Of a stretch of DNA of 64,000 bases, positions 46,827 through 57,383 are shown in pieces. Positions within the stretch are counted from its first letter, which is position 1. Each line of letters begins with the position of its first letter. The notes under the pieces were generated by a model. It did no database searches and was not told the DNA's origin. It saw only the letters and a program-made list of their open reading frames with translations. The stretch comes from Minisyncoccota bacterium (lineage in GTDB: Bacteria; Patescibacteriota; Minisyncoccia; Phycocordibacterales; UBA9973): the NCBI GenBank assembly GCA_017991395.1, contig JAGOQQ010000003.1, forward strand, positions 2,400-66,399, written 5' to 3'. Made by a program: the position numbers and the translations under genes.

Positions 46827-47540
46827 TCAATGACGCGGCACAAATTTGCATACATACCAGTAGTTGTAAAATGCACGGACGTACATATCTTCACCACCAG
46901 TAGATATTTTTTTAATGGATGGCTTGAAGAATCGCTTGGCCCATGGCAATGTCGACAACAATGATGAGTCGTACTGAATTCTCCACTCAGCTCTGGAACT
47001 ATACGGCGTCGGATCTTCAATAAGTAAATGAGAATCTCTCGCGCCAATAAGTATTTGATTTGGCACTGTGAAAGATAATGACATTGCTATCATATCAAAC
47101 AAATTGCATGGCATAAGGACGCCTGGCAACGCAACATTATGAGAGTTCAATTCATACAGACATTTTTTGAATGTATTTTGATTTGTCTCGACAGTACCTC
47201 CACGCCATGCAAACAAGATGGGGTGAAAATCATACCAGTCTTTTCCCTGATGTTCTTTGAAAAGTTGTTGCTGAACTTGTTCAAACTCCGTCAGTGAAAT
47301 TTCATTACCGCAGATAATGCGGTTTTTGACATAATCAAGGTCCATGTCTAAGTTGACTACTACTTTAGATTTTTTACTCCACCGAAAATACGATTCGGGC
47401 GGCGTTAGTTTTCGTGCAGGTAATGCACTTTTCTTTCTTTGAGATTCTTCCTTGGCGATTGTTTCTAGTACGCGCATAGCTAAGATATTTTGTTGTTTAA
47501 GGTTCTTTTCCTGCACCATGCAGGGTTTAGAATATAACAA
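46827..47540 (-). CDS. hypothetical protein (237 aa)
   Basis: ORF only. Confidence 0.35.
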   Translation of the reverse strand: MLYSKPCMVQEKNLKQQNILAMRVLETIAKEESQRKKSALPARKLTPPESYFRWSKKSKVVVNLDMDLDYVKNRIICGNEISLTEFEQVQQQLFKEHQGKDWYDFHPILFAWRGGTVETNQNTFKKCLYELNSHNVALPGVLMPCNLFDMIAMSLSFTVPNQILIGARDSHLLIEDPTPYSSRAEWRIQYDSSLLSTLPWAKRFFKPSIKKISTGGEDMYVRAFYNYWYVCKFVPRH

Positions 47541-47542
47541 AC

Positions 47543-48175
47543 TTATTTTGCTTTGTCAATTTTAGTGTGGAAAACGCCCTTCAAAAACGTTTTTCGGTGC
47601 TCTTTTGAGATGCCGTATTTCAAAATAGATTCGAGGTGCTCTTTTGTACCATACCCTTTATGTTTCCAAAAATGATACTTTGGGTACTTTTTTGACAGTG
47701 AAGTCATGTATTGATCACGAACTACTTTTGCACAAATTGAAGCAAGTGAAATCACGCGAATTTTTTCATCACCTTTGATAATTGTTTTTTGTTTTGAAAA
47801 TTCTTTTGGCGCACGAAGTGAGCCGTCTAGATATAGAGCCGAAGTGTACGGCACATCTAGTTCTCCAAGTCCTTTTGATATGAGCTCACGAATCACAACC
47901 GCAATCCCTTTATCATCAATCTCACGAGCACTTCCTTGCATCACACAAAAATCTACTTTTCCAAGTTTTTTCCACTCATTAATTTCACTCCACCATTCAT
48001 TTCTTTGGCGTTCCGAGAGTTTTTTTGAGTCTTTGAGTTTGAGTTTTTTGCTGCGAGGGCGAAGTACGGCGTTGTTTCTTATAACAAAAATACCCACTGC
48101 CACAGGTCCGGCGACTGGCCCCCGTCCTGCTTCATCAATACCCACTATATACGAGCGCTTGTCCATATAATCCAT
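47543..48175 (-). CDS. rnhB: ribonuclease HII
   Basis: GIDEAGRGPVAGPVAV active site; DxK... spacing. Start chosen at the MDYMDK Met; the ORF track extends 23 codons further upstream. Confidence 0.8.
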   Translation of the reverse strand: MDYMDKRSYIVGIDEAGRGPVAGPVAVGIFVIRNNAVLRPRSKKLKLKDSKKLSERQRNEWWSEINEWKKLGKVDFCVMQGSAREIDDKGIAVVIRELISKGLGELDVPYTSALYLDGSLRAPKEFSKQKTIIKGDEKIRVISLASICAKVVRDQYMTSLSKKYPKYHFWKHKGYGTKEHLESILKYGISKEHRKTFLKGVFHTKIDKAK

Positions 48176-48196
48176 ACTACATTCATTTGGTATACT

Positions 48197-51100
48197 ATGC
48201 ACTATATGTCGAAACAGTTTGTGCATCTTCATACCCATTCTCACTATTCGCTTCTGGATGGTCTTTCAAAAATCCCTGAATTGGTAAAAAAAGCCAAATC
48301 ATATGGTATGCCTGCGCTCGCACTCACGGATCACGGGAGTATGTATGCGGCGATAGAATTTTATAAAGAATGCAAAAAGGCAGAAATCAAACCAATCATC
48401 GGAGTAGAAGCGTACATCGCAAATCGCTCACGCTTTGACAAGGATCCTGGTGTCGACAACAAACGTTTTCACCTCACACTTCTCGCTCGAAACACGCAAG
48501 GATACAAGAATCTCATGACACTTGTCACCAAGGCAAACCTCGAGGGCTATTACTACAAACCTCGAATGGACAAGGACCTTTTGAAAGAATACGGTGATGG
48601 GCTTATATGCCTCACTGGATGTCCCGGAAGTGAGTTTGTACACTATCTCAAAAGCGACGATTTAGACAGCGCACGTGGTCTTGTACAGTTTTATATTGAT
48701 ACATTTGGACGAGAGTCTGTGTTTGTAGAAATCATGAAGCACGATGAAGTGGAGTGGTATGTTCCGCTTCAAAAAAAGATTCAAGCGATGGCGGAGGAAT
48801 TCAATCTTCCGTTGGTTGGAACATGGGATTCGCACTATCTTCACAAAGATGACAATGAAGCACACGACACACTTGTGGCAATCAACACTGGTACAGAAGT
48901 TGGCTCATCAAAAATGTCGATGAAAGCCGGAAATTATTCTTTTATTAATCCCGAAGAAGCTCATGAAGTATTCAAAGATTTTCCCGGTGCAGCCGAAAAC
49001 ACTGTCAAAGTTGCCGAGCTTGTTGATATAGAAATTGATCTTGGAAATCTGTATTTTCCGACATTTGAAATTGCAGACAATCGTTCACCTGATGACGTCC
49101 TAAAAGAAATGACGTATCAAGGTATCGAACGACTGGGAATAGAAAAAACTGAAGAAGTGGTAACACGCGCCAATTACGAACTCGATGTTATCAAAATGAA
49201 AGGCTACCCGTCGTACTTTTTGGTGGTGGCTGACTTGATGCGTTTTGCACGAGAAGCGGGAATTCTCACTAACACTCGAGGTAGTGCCGCGGGTTCATTT
49301 GTGTCATATGTGTGCGGAATCACAAACGTGAATCCAATCGAATACAATCTTCCCTTCGAGCGATTTCTCAATCCCTACCGACCATCTGCTCCCGATATCG
49401 ATATGGACATCGCCGACAATCGCCGTGATGATCTCATTGAATATGCGCGAAAAAAATATGGCGAAGATCGGGTGGCACAAATTGGAACATTTGGAACAAT
49501 GGCAGCTCGTGGTGCAGTCAAAGACGTAGCACGTGCACTTGGCTATCCATATGCAATTGGTGATAGAATTTCAAAACTCATTCCGATGGGCTCGCAAGGA
49601 TTTCCAATGACGATAGAACATGCACTTGAAATAACACCGGAGCTCAAAGGTTTTTACGACAACGAAAAGGATACAAAGAAAATTATTGACCTCGCAAAGA
49701 AACTCGAAGGTGGTGCACGACACATTTCTGTACACGCAGCGGGTGTAGTGATTTCTCCACGTCCTATCACCGAATTCACTCCAGTACAGCTCGACCCGAA
49801 GGGCGGAAAAATCATTACTCAATACGACATGTATTCAATCGAAGATGCGGGTCTTCCAAAATTCGACTTTCTCGGAATTCGAAACCTTTCGTTTCTCGCT
49901 GAATCTATCAATATCGTTCGCACGCTGTACAACATTGAAGTAGATCTAGTAAAAGTCCCACTTGATGATAAAAAAACATTTGAAATGCTCGCACGCGGAG
50001 AGACCGAGGGACTTTTCCAGCTCAACGGAGGTGGGATGACTCAAAAACTCGTCAAACTCAAACCTACAAGTATTCACGATATCAACGTAATGGTGGCATT
50101 GTATCGACCTGGGCCGATGCAGACGATTGATGAATATATCGATCGAAAACATGGCAAAAAACCGATTGTGTACTATCACCCAAAAATGAAAAGCTATCTC
50201 GGCGCTTCACTTGGACTGATGGTGTATCAAGACGACCTTCTTTTTACTGCTATCGAACTTGCCGGATATGACTGGGGTGAAGTAGACAAATTTCGAAAAG
50301 CGGTTGGTAAAAAAATTCCAGAAGAAATGGCGAAACAGCATATTCGCTTCGTTGAGGGGTGTCAGTCTCATTCAAAAATGACAAAAAAAGAATCAGAATT
50401 CATTTGGACACTTTTCGAACCATTTCAAGGATACGGATTCAACAAAGCTCACGCCGCGAGTTATGGAAAACTTGCGTATCATACGGCCTACATGAAGGCA
50501 AACTTCCCTGTGGCATACATGACCGCCATGCTCACCGCAGAATCTGGTGACGTTGAAACTATTGGAATCTACGTCAACGAATGTCGACGTATGGGAATTG
50601 AAGTTCTTCCACCCGATGTAAATGAAAGTCTCGGAGGTTTTGCGATTGCACCAGAGGAAGGCAAATCTATCATCGACAGTCGGACAATTCGTTTTGGACT
50701 CTACACTATTAAAAATCTCGGTGGTGACATTTCCGACGCCATCATAGAGGAGCGGAAGAAAAATGGTCATTACAAAGATCTTTCAGATTTTCTCACACGA
50801 GTTCAACACAAAAATCTCAATAAAAAATCTATCGAAGCACTCATTAAAACTGGTGCGATGGATCTCTTTGGTGAACGAGGAGAACTTCTCGCAAACTTTG
50901 AAGACATGCTGACTTTTAGCAAAGAAATTGGACGACTTGCATCTGCGTCACAAGCATCACTCTTTGGTGATATGAGCGAGCAAATTTTGCCCACATTTAC
51001 CCTGACCCACACCGCACCAGCAACAAAACCTGAAAAACTCGCATGGGAAAAAGAACTTTTGGGTCTTTATATTTCCGGACACCCACTCGACAGAATCCGA

Positions 51101-51403
51101 GAAAAACTCGAAACAAAACCTGTAAATATAAAAGTAATCAGAGAAGAACTTGGCAATGGTCGTCCTGTGACAATTGGAGGAATGGTAGAAGAATCACGTG
51201 TTGTCATCACCAAAAACAATGACCGCATGGCATTTATCAAATTTACGGATTTTACTGGGACAATAGAAGCAGTAGTATTTCCAAAGCTCTACAAAGATAA
51301 TGCGCTCCTTTTTGAGACCGAAAAATGTCTTGCGATGGTAGCAAAAGTATCTATTCGTGATGGTGAAAAATCGCTTATTGTAGAAAACGCAAAAGAGATA
51401 TAG
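48197..51403 (+). CDS. dnaE: DNA polymerase III alpha subunit
   Basis: PHP domain HLHTHSHYSLLDG, polymerase core; 1068 aa. Confidence 0.9.
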   Translation: MHYMSKQFVHLHTHSHYSLLDGLSKIPELVKKAKSYGMPALALTDHGSMYAAIEFYKECKKAEIKPIIGVEAYIANRSRFDKDPGVDNKRFHLTLLARNTQGYKNLMTLVTKANLEGYYYKPRMDKDLLKEYGDGLICLTGCPGSEFVHYLKSDDLDSARGLVQFYIDTFGRESVFVEIMKHDEVEWYVPLQKKIQAMAEEFNLPLVGTWDSHYLHKDDNEAHDTLVAINTGTEVGSSKMSMKAGNYSFINPEEAHEVFKDFPGAAENTVKVAELVDIEIDLGNLYFPTFEIADNRSPDDVLKEMTYQGIERLGIEKTEEVVTRANYELDVIKMKGYPSYFLVVADLMRFAREAGILTNTRGSAAGSFVSYVCGITNVNPIEYNLPFERFLNPYRPSAPDIDMDIADNRRDDLIEYARKKYGEDRVAQIGTFGTMAARGAVKDVARALGYPYAIGDRISKLIPMGSQGFPMTIEHALEITPELKGFYDNEKDTKKIIDLAKKLEGGARHISVHAAGVVISPRPITEFTPVQLDPKGGKIITQYDMYSIEDAGLPKFDFLGIRNLSFLAESINIVRTLYNIEVDLVKVPLDDKKTFEMLARGETEGLFQLNGGGMTQKLVKLKPTSIHDINVMVALYRPGPMQTIDEYIDRKHGKKPIVYYHPKMKSYLGASLGLMVYQDDLLFTAIELAGYDWGEVDKFRKAVGKKIPEEMAKQHIRFVEGCQSHSKMTKKESEFIWTLFEPFQGYGFNKAHAASYGKLAYHTAYMKANFPVAYMTAMLTAESGDVETIGIYVNECRRMGIEVLPPDVNESLGGFAIAPEEGKSIIDSRTIRFGLYTIKNLGGDISDAIIEERKKNGHYKDLSDFLTRVQHKNLNKKSIEALIKTGAMDLFGERGELLANFEDMLTFSKEIGRLASASQASLFGDMSEQILPTFTLTHTAPATKPEKLAWEKELLGLYISGHPLDRIREKLETKPVNIKVIREELGNGRPVTIGGMVEESRVVITKNNDRMAFIKFTDFTGTIEAVVFPKLYKDNALLFETEKCLAMVAKVSIRDGEKSLIVENAKEI

Positions 51404-51448
51404 TTGACATATATTTTGGTAGTGGTAGAATTTAAAAAAACCATACAA

Positions 51449-51901
51449 ATGAATACACCATCAAATGAATTTGGGTCCAGAAATGTTGACCCCCTTCTCT
51501 ACGAGAGAGCTCAAGAAATACTTAATGATTACAACCTAAGAAAGTTGTCGAAATTATGTCCAATTTCAAAAAATCATTTTTTTGATGCGCTTGAACATTA
51601 TTACAATGCTCATAAACTTAAAAATGCGTACAAGAATAGATTCAAAAGATTCTGCAGCGAAATTATACCTATTTGTAAAATCATTCAACCTCCCGCTTCG
51701 CATACCAAACAAACAGTCGAAAAAACCGAACAGGATTCGCCTACTCAAGAGACACCAAAAGAATTGAGAAAGGAACTAAAGGAATGCGCAAAGGAGTTCA
51801 TCAGAAACAACTGCTCCCCGGGAATCGAGTACCTACGAGAGTACATGGAAGGAATCATTTCGGATGATGAGATTGACCGAATAGGAAATCTCGCATCATA
51901 G
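51449..51901 (+). CDS. hypothetical protein
   Basis: The ORF opens at 51404; the MNTPSNEF Met is chosen. Confidence 0.35.
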   Translation: MNTPSNEFGSRNVDPLLYERAQEILNDYNLRKLSKLCPISKNHFFDALEHYYNAHKLKNAYKNRFKRFCSEIIPICKIIQPPASHTKQTVEKTEQDSPTQETPKELRKELKECAKEFIRNNCSPGIEYLREYMEGIISDDEIDRIGNLAS

Positions 51902-51915
51902 TGCATTAATTATGC

Positions 51916-51949
51916 AAAAAGCGCACACCAGATTGGTGTGCGCTTTTTT
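51916..51949. terminator. bidirectional terminator aaaaagcgcacacc-agat-tggtgtgcgcttttt
   Basis: Perfect 14-bp stem. Confidence 0.75.
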
Positions 51950-51960
51950 ACTTTTTAAGA

Positions 51961-52566
51961 TTAAGATGTCGCTACATCAATAGAAGTATTTTCGATATCT
52001 TCCATGATTTTCATCACTTGATCTGCATACTTTTCTACAATACTAGGAGGGTTGTAGGTTTGAAGGATAGCCTTCACATCCTTACCTTCATAGTAATGAT
52101 CAGTATTTGGGTGGTTACCCGCAAGGTGCGTAGTAACCTTCACAATCGCAGTATCAACAGATTCGAAACCAAATTTACATGATCCCCATCCAAACGGATT
52201 GTTTGGTGCTTTTGGGTTTTTACACATAAACTTACCTCCTGTTGTTTCTCGCATTGCGATCGCTGCTACAAGACGCCAATCAAGGTCATTCTCATCAGCT
52301 GCTTCAACGAATGTCTTACCGTGTCCTGCGAGCGGAAGCCCACGTGACGCGAAGTACTCGTCAATTCGCTCTGCGCGTGTATCTACGACAGCTTCTGTTA
52401 TATCAGCCATCGCAATACTATTATTGATTTGAAGTGACGTTACGAATGAATTTGCAAATCCTGTTGGTGCAGTCTGTTTGACTGGTCCTGGAGTCGCAAA
52501 CATTGTTGTTACTAATGGAATAAAGAGTAATGAGTGAACGTATCGTACTAGTGTGTTTTTTTTCAT
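51961..52566 (-). CDS. secreted glucosaminidase-domain (FlgJ/LytD-like) peptidoglycan hydrolase
   Basis: Signal peptide, then WRLVAAIAMRETTGGK...NNPFGWG motif. Confidence 0.5.
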   Translation of the reverse strand: MKKNTLVRYVHSLLFIPLVTTMFATPGPVKQTAPTGFANSFVTSLQINNSIAMADITEAVVDTRAERIDEYFASRGLPLAGHGKTFVEAADENDLDWRLVAAIAMRETTGGKFMCKNPKAPNNPFGWGSCKFGFESVDTAIVKVTTHLAGNHPNTDHYYEGKDVKAILQTYNPPSIVEKYADQVMKIMEDIENTSIDVATS

Positions 52567-52795
52567 AATTAACGGTTGAGCTCCGTCAAACTCCGTGGTA
52601 GAAATTCCCTTGCGGGAAAATAAAACACCCAAACAATAGATATTTGGGCTTGTGTATATAGTAGCATATATGACCAGAAAAGTCAATAGTTATACCATAT
52701 TTTTATGGTGAGTCAAATATAAAATACCCTTATAAAATAAGGGTATTTTAGCGTTTACTGGTTGACCGATTTGTTTAAAAATTGTAGTATTTTGA

Positions 52796-54583
52796 CTACT
52801 TTTCATTCAGTGCATCAAGTCCCTCCTTCATCGACTGCATTCTTGATGCAATAATACGTTCAGCATCTTCGATATCCTTTGTATGTTGAGAAATAAGCCT
52901 TTTTTCACCGTCATTTGTTGAGCTGAGCAAACTTGCCCTCTTCAACGCCTGAGCGTCTTCTGATAAAATATCAAAACTACGCGCCAAAAGATGCTCTGTG
53001 TCTCTTAACTCATGAGATATCTTGTACTTCATCAGTCTCATTCTGTACCATATAAATGCAAGAAAGAAGGCAAGAATAATAATGACTATTATAATCGGAC
53101 CAATGAGTCCTCCACCCAGCATTCCAGCAAATAGCCCGGTTGATTTAACAACTACTATAACTGGCTCGGAATCCTCACTTGTTGCCCCTTCTTTATTCAC
53201 GGCTTTGACGCTAATCACATACGTATCTGCTCCAAATCTCTCTGCCAGCACAACGGTAAATGTGCCGTCTGCCCTAGCTTCAGTGGTCGTCTCAAATACA
53301 ACACCATCCTTGTTTTTTGAATTATAAAAAATCTTACTTCCCTTTTGGTTATTGTTTTGAGCTGAAAGTGACAACACCACATCAAAGTTTGGCAATGTCG
53401 TTCCTTTTATTATGATTGGTTCTCCTTCGTCTACAACACCTGTGTACTCGATAATCTTTGGCACAGGCAATCCTGTAATGGTAAATGTTTTCTTTTCTTT
53501 TATACTATTTCCTGCGCGATCTTTTGCGGTCACGGTGATAGTATGTTCTCCTGGTGGCAACGCTGGAGTCTCATAGATATTTGATGAATTCTCAAACCAT
53601 GTTGTTCCATATGAAGTTCCAATCTCAATTTCGTATTCCTTTATTCCTGAACTCAAATCTTCTGACTCAAACATGAAGCGTGCACGAGGGCTTGTTTTTG
53701 CACTCTTGTCCATTTCTGTAACGACGAGCTTTGAAGGTGGTGTTGTGTCTATTTGAAACCGGAAATGCGCTATTGACCCCCATCCTTTTTCGTTTCTGGT
53801 TCTCACATGTAAATACCAAGAACCATCCTCAAGTACATCGGTTGTGTACATAGACATCATACCTTTTGATGATGTGCCTGGATTTGTAGTTGGTTTTTTA
53901 TCTACCACATATGTCACTCCGGTAGTATCTGGGGCAAGATTCCATGCGAAAGATGCCTTATTTATTGGATACCATTCAAAACCACTTTTGTGTGTTGATG
54001 ATATGACTTGCGGCGCTTGTGGCAACCCTTTCCCTGCTTCCTCAGTAGTAAACTCAGATCCTACAGGTCCAAGCACATATGTGCCATCTCGAACAGACGC
54101 GAGTATGTTTGTACCCTTTCCGTCATTAGCAAGAACTGATGCTGAAAGAAAATTCACCGGAGCGGTACCTTGTGCTTTTACTTTAAATGTAATTGTAAAT
54201 ATTGTTCCTCGTGACCCCTTGTATCCTGGATTAAGCACAATACCTTCAAATCTCATCACGCCAGGTTCAGACGAGTATTCACCCGGGTCAATAGTCCAAA
54301 AATTGACTATTGAAGATGCCTTGGAAACCGAAGTGACAGAGAGCTTATCAGAAGGATAATTTATTCTTCCTGAAAGTGCATTGAGGGCTTGCTCGGTACT
54401 TGTAGTATAAATAGACACTGAAAAACTATCACCAACATTGTAATTTCCTGAATTTGGTGACACAAGCAAACTTGCCGCAAAAGAGTAGTGCGGAGCGACA
54501 AAAAAACAAAACACCGCAAACACGCACGCTAAAATCGCCTGAAAAAAAAGCAGTATATTACTCTTTTTTCCTTGTATATACAT
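52796..54583 (-). CDS. cell-surface protein: N-terminal cohesin-like domain, Ig-like repeats, C-terminal TM anchor and cytoplasmic coiled-coil tail
   Basis: LLVSPNSGNYNVGDSFSVSIYTT...INYPSDKLSVTSV...GTIFTITFKVKAQGTAPVNF, a cohesin-type beta-sandwich signature. TM segment GPIIIVIIILAFFLAFIWY near the C-terminus. The ORF opens at 54625; the likely start is the MYIQGKK Met at 54583. Confidence 0.55.
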   Translation of the reverse strand: MYIQGKKSNILLFFQAILACVFAVFCFFVAPHYSFAASLLVSPNSGNYNVGDSFSVSIYTTSTEQALNALSGRINYPSDKLSVTSVSKASSIVNFWTIDPGEYSSEPGVMRFEGIVLNPGYKGSRGTIFTITFKVKAQGTAPVNFLSASVLANDGKGTNILASVRDGTYVLGPVGSEFTTEEAGKGLPQAPQVISSTHKSGFEWYPINKASFAWNLAPDTTGVTYVVDKKPTTNPGTSSKGMMSMYTTDVLEDGSWYLHVRTRNEKGWGSIAHFRFQIDTTPPSKLVVTEMDKSAKTSPRARFMFESEDLSSGIKEYEIEIGTSYGTTWFENSSNIYETPALPPGEHTITVTAKDRAGNSIKEKKTFTITGLPVPKIIEYTGVVDEGEPIIIKGTTLPNFDVVLSLSAQNNNQKGSKIFYNSKNKDGVVFETTTEARADGTFTVVLAERFGADTYVISVKAVNKEGATSEDSEPVIVVVKSTGLFAGMLGGGLIGPIIIVIIILAFFLAFIWYRMRLMKYKISHELRDTEHLLARSFDILSEDAQALKRASLLSSTNDGEKRLISQHTKDIEDAERIIASRMQSMKEGLDALNEK

Positions 54584-55445
54584 AGGCAAAAATACTAACT
54601 CCAATAAGCAATGCACACAGCCCAATCAATACACCCAAGCCCAGCATGCTCACAAGATTATTTCCAAACTTTATTTTTGCCTCTCTCTCGTTTCCGTTTT
54701 TATCGACAGCAATTACCCTGATTGTTGATTTTAATGATTGATCTTGAAGTAAGTATGGGCTTTTTGCACTAATCCAACTACTTGAACCTTCTTTTATTCT
54801 ATATGAGGCAATACCTGTTTCTTTGTCTTTGGCGTCAAATACTACAAAATATTTTCCGTCGAAAAATCTATTATCTCTTTTTACTAAAAGAGTAAACGGT
54901 TCTGGAGGATTTGTGTCGAATGAAAAATCATCCACAGAAAATCCTTCATTTGAGATCATAAATTCATATGGCAATGTCTTGGTTACACCGCGAGTTCCCA
55001 AACCATCATTTAGAAATGTGTCAGCCGATGTAAAAGTGAGTGACCCCTTTCCTTCACTTTTTGCGACAAATACGAGCCTTGTGACACGTCCAGAAGAAAC
55101 AGAATTGGTGACTGGGTCAATAAGACCACTAAAACCCCCTGCAGCAATACCTGCAAAGCGAATTGAATTTCCGTTAAGTGCGGGTGTCTCAACCCATCCG
55201 TTTATTATTGATCCGGTATCAAAATAATCTACAAATTCAAGAAATTCACTTGGAAATATTATTTCTGCCTCGACAGCATTTGTGTTTTTTCCCTCTGTGT
55301 CGAGAAAAATATCAAAATAAATTTTATCCCCAGTTTTGAAATGTTGAGTTGGTGATGAAAAATATATCTCAGATGCCAAAGTTGCTCGAGGAGTTACGGC
55401 GAGTAAAAGAAAGGCAAATGTGATTATATAGAAAAATTTTTTCAT
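54558..55445 (-). CDS. cell-surface protein with N-terminal cohesin-like domain and C-terminal TM anchor
   Basis: SEIYFSSPTQHFKTGDKIYFDIFLDTEG...AVEAEIIFPSEFLEFVDYF...GRVTRLVFVAKSEGKGSLTF, then TM LGLGVLIGLCALLIGVSIFAYVY. The ORF runs to 55460, overlapping the upstream stop; start taken at the MKKFF Met at 55445. Confidence 0.5.
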   Translation of the reverse strand: MKKFFYIITFAFLLLAVTPRATLASEIYFSSPTQHFKTGDKIYFDIFLDTEGKNTNAVEAEIIFPSEFLEFVDYFDTGSIINGWVETPALNGNSIRFAGIAAGGFSGLIDPVTNSVSSGRVTRLVFVAKSEGKGSLTFTSADTFLNDGLGTRGVTKTLPYEFMISNEGFSVDDFSFDTNPPEPFTLLVKRDNRFFDGKYFVVFDAKDKETGIASYRIKEGSSSWISAKSPYLLQDQSLKSTIRVIAVDKNGNEREAKIKFGNNLVSMLGLGVLIGLCALLIGVSIFAYVYTRKKE

Positions 55446-55447
55446 AA

Positions 55448-56338
55448 TTATCCAGTCCAATAATACGCCATAATACTAAAGTCAACAATTGACACGATTC
55501 CGTCTTTACTCAAATCAACGTATGACGGGGGTGCCACTTTTTTGTACCAAAATGCAAGAATACTGAAGTCAACAATGTTGACATATCCATCTTGATTTAA
55601 ATCAGCGTCAATAAACGTATTATTATTTTGATTTTTGATAATCGTCTCATTTCCAACTTTAAAATATGTAAGCTTACCGTACTGACTTACTTCATTTGTA
55701 TACACTGCTTTTGATTTTGCTGAGTGATCGCCGTATTCTAAAATTGATGTATCCAAATTAAATAAATATGCTCCACCAGAATCGGATGGCACTTGAAAAA
55801 AATGTGGCACCAATGAGTTTACATTTATTGTAACATTACTGTTTGGAGCAGTTTGTCCGAAAATGGAAAGTGTATCACCTTGCTTGACCTGAATTTTGTC
55901 GGTATCAATAGTAGGAGCAAGAAAAATGCCAGAAATGGTAGCAAAAACTCCCTGTGATATCATGATCGGAAAAGTAAACAATGTAGAACGCCTTCCTAGT
56001 GAATCCTCAGACCATACCGAAAATGTGTAAGTGGATGGAGAAAGCCCACTTACAACAATTTCAAAATGCGCATCTGGACCTGCAATAGTAGAGACTATCT
56101 GCTGACCGTCTTTGAGCACCACCACCGTAGAGAGAGGATATGCTCTTCCAATAAATTTTACACCCGTAAAAATACCTCCGGTACCCCCCGAACCTCCACT
56201 CCCTTGACCAGGATCAGTAGTACTAACAACTTGTGCTGTGATAGTTATGTTTTCTGTTCCCTGCGACTGCGCATAGGAAACTGAATATGTTGAAACAATA
56301 GTTAAAATCAGTAAAAATGATAGTAGAAATTGCTTCAT
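55448..56338 (-). CDS. secreted protein with C-terminal type-I dockerin module
   Basis: Signal peptide; C-terminal duplicated Ca-binding segments DLNQDGYVNIVDFSIL and DLSKDGIVSIVDFSIM. Confidence 0.7.
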   Translation of the reverse strand: MKQFLLSFLLILTIVSTYSVSYAQSQGTENITITAQVVSTTDPGQGSGGSGGTGGIFTGVKFIGRAYPLSTVVVLKDGQQIVSTIAGPDAHFEIVVSGLSPSTYTFSVWSEDSLGRRSTLFTFPIMISQGVFATISGIFLAPTIDTDKIQVKQGDTLSIFGQTAPNSNVTINVNSLVPHFFQVPSDSGGAYLFNLDTSILEYGDHSAKSKAVYTNEVSQYGKLTYFKVGNETIIKNQNNNTFIDADLNQDGYVNIVDFSILAFWYKKVAPPSYVDLSKDGIVSIVDFSIMAYYWTG

Positions 56339-56351
56339 GATTTATATACTA

Positions 56352-57365
56352 CTACGAGCGATTTTGTGTTGGTGGCATCATTCCCTTTCGAGCTTGTTCA
56401 ATAACCCACTTATTGTAATGAGTGATTGCGGTCTTTATAATAAACAGTGCAAAAATCAATGCAATTAGAAGAGTTAGTAGAAGCTGCCAAGGAAGTACTA
56501 AGAATGAGTACATTGCAGTTGCTGCTTGATTACTTTTTCCGTATGAAAGGTCGAGGTATGCCGTATACTTTCCAAATGCAAAATTTTTCCACTGACGAGA
56601 TATTGTCTCAGTAAAAGATTCATTAGTTATTTTTTCTGCATCTGCAAGAGTAAGACTTCCGTCAGCACCTGATTGCCATACCACTTCAAATTTTCGAGTA
56701 CTCTTTGGAAGTACATTTCCTTCTACTTGGTTGGCAGGAAGGTTTTTTGTTGTCATTCCAAATGTGTTTTTAATCACAAGCAAACCTTCTGGCTTTATAC
56801 GGTCATTTCCACCGTTTTGAAATCTGTATGTAAACCCCACAGGAAGTGCGTCAAATTTCTTCTGTCCGTCCTTTGTAGAAAAATCCATTACTTTTCCTTC
56901 TTCAGTAATTTCACCAGAAACAGTGAGAAGTACGAGTGTACCAATCTTTGCTCCAATAGAAACTTGTCCTGGCTCGTTTGGATTGCTTGACCAAAAAACT
57001 GCAGCAAAATGTCCTCCAGCCTCTGCACCGCTTGGAACATTGATAGTAAATGGTACCACTTTAGATTCACGAGGATTGAGCGTGATTGATGGCTCAGTTG
57101 AAATCCATGTACCAAGTCCTTCTGCTGCTGGAACAAACGTCGGCGTTCCGTTTTCTCCGCGAGCTTCAAAATTATCGAATGATGAATAAAGGGTTTTTAT
57201 TTCATCTTGCTCATTCATCACAATCATTTCACCTGAGACAATTTGTCCAGGGTCAGATGAGATTTCAAAACGTACAGGAGTGATAGTCACCGCATATGCA
57301 TAGTTTCCTCCAAGAAATGCACCGAGCACCATCAGCGCTATAAGTGAAAGTTTTTTATAATTCAT
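56352..57365 (-). CDS. DUF916/DUF3324-like (CscA-like) cell-surface protein with C-terminal TM anchor
   Basis: Signal peptide, VTITPVRFEISSDPGQ...TLNPRESKVVPFTINVPSGAEAGGHFAAVFW, C-terminal TM LLTLLIALIFALFII. This is the architecture of CscA proteins of Gram-positive WxL loci. Confidence 0.45.
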   Translation of the reverse strand: MNYKKLSLIALMVLGAFLGGNYAYAVTITPVRFEISSDPGQIVSGEMIVMNEQDEIKTLYSSFDNFEARGENGTPTFVPAAEGLGTWISTEPSITLNPRESKVVPFTINVPSGAEAGGHFAAVFWSSNPNEPGQVSIGAKIGTLVLLTVSGEITEEGKVMDFSTKDGQKKFDALPVGFTYRFQNGGNDRIKPEGLLVIKNTFGMTTKNLPANQVEGNVLPKSTRKFEVVWQSGADGSLTLADAEKITNESFTETISRQWKNFAFGKYTAYLDLSYGKSNQAATAMYSFLVLPWQLLLTLLIALIFALFIIKTAITHYNKWVIEQARKGMMPPTQNRS

Positions 57366-57383
57366 AGTGATTAGAAAAAATTA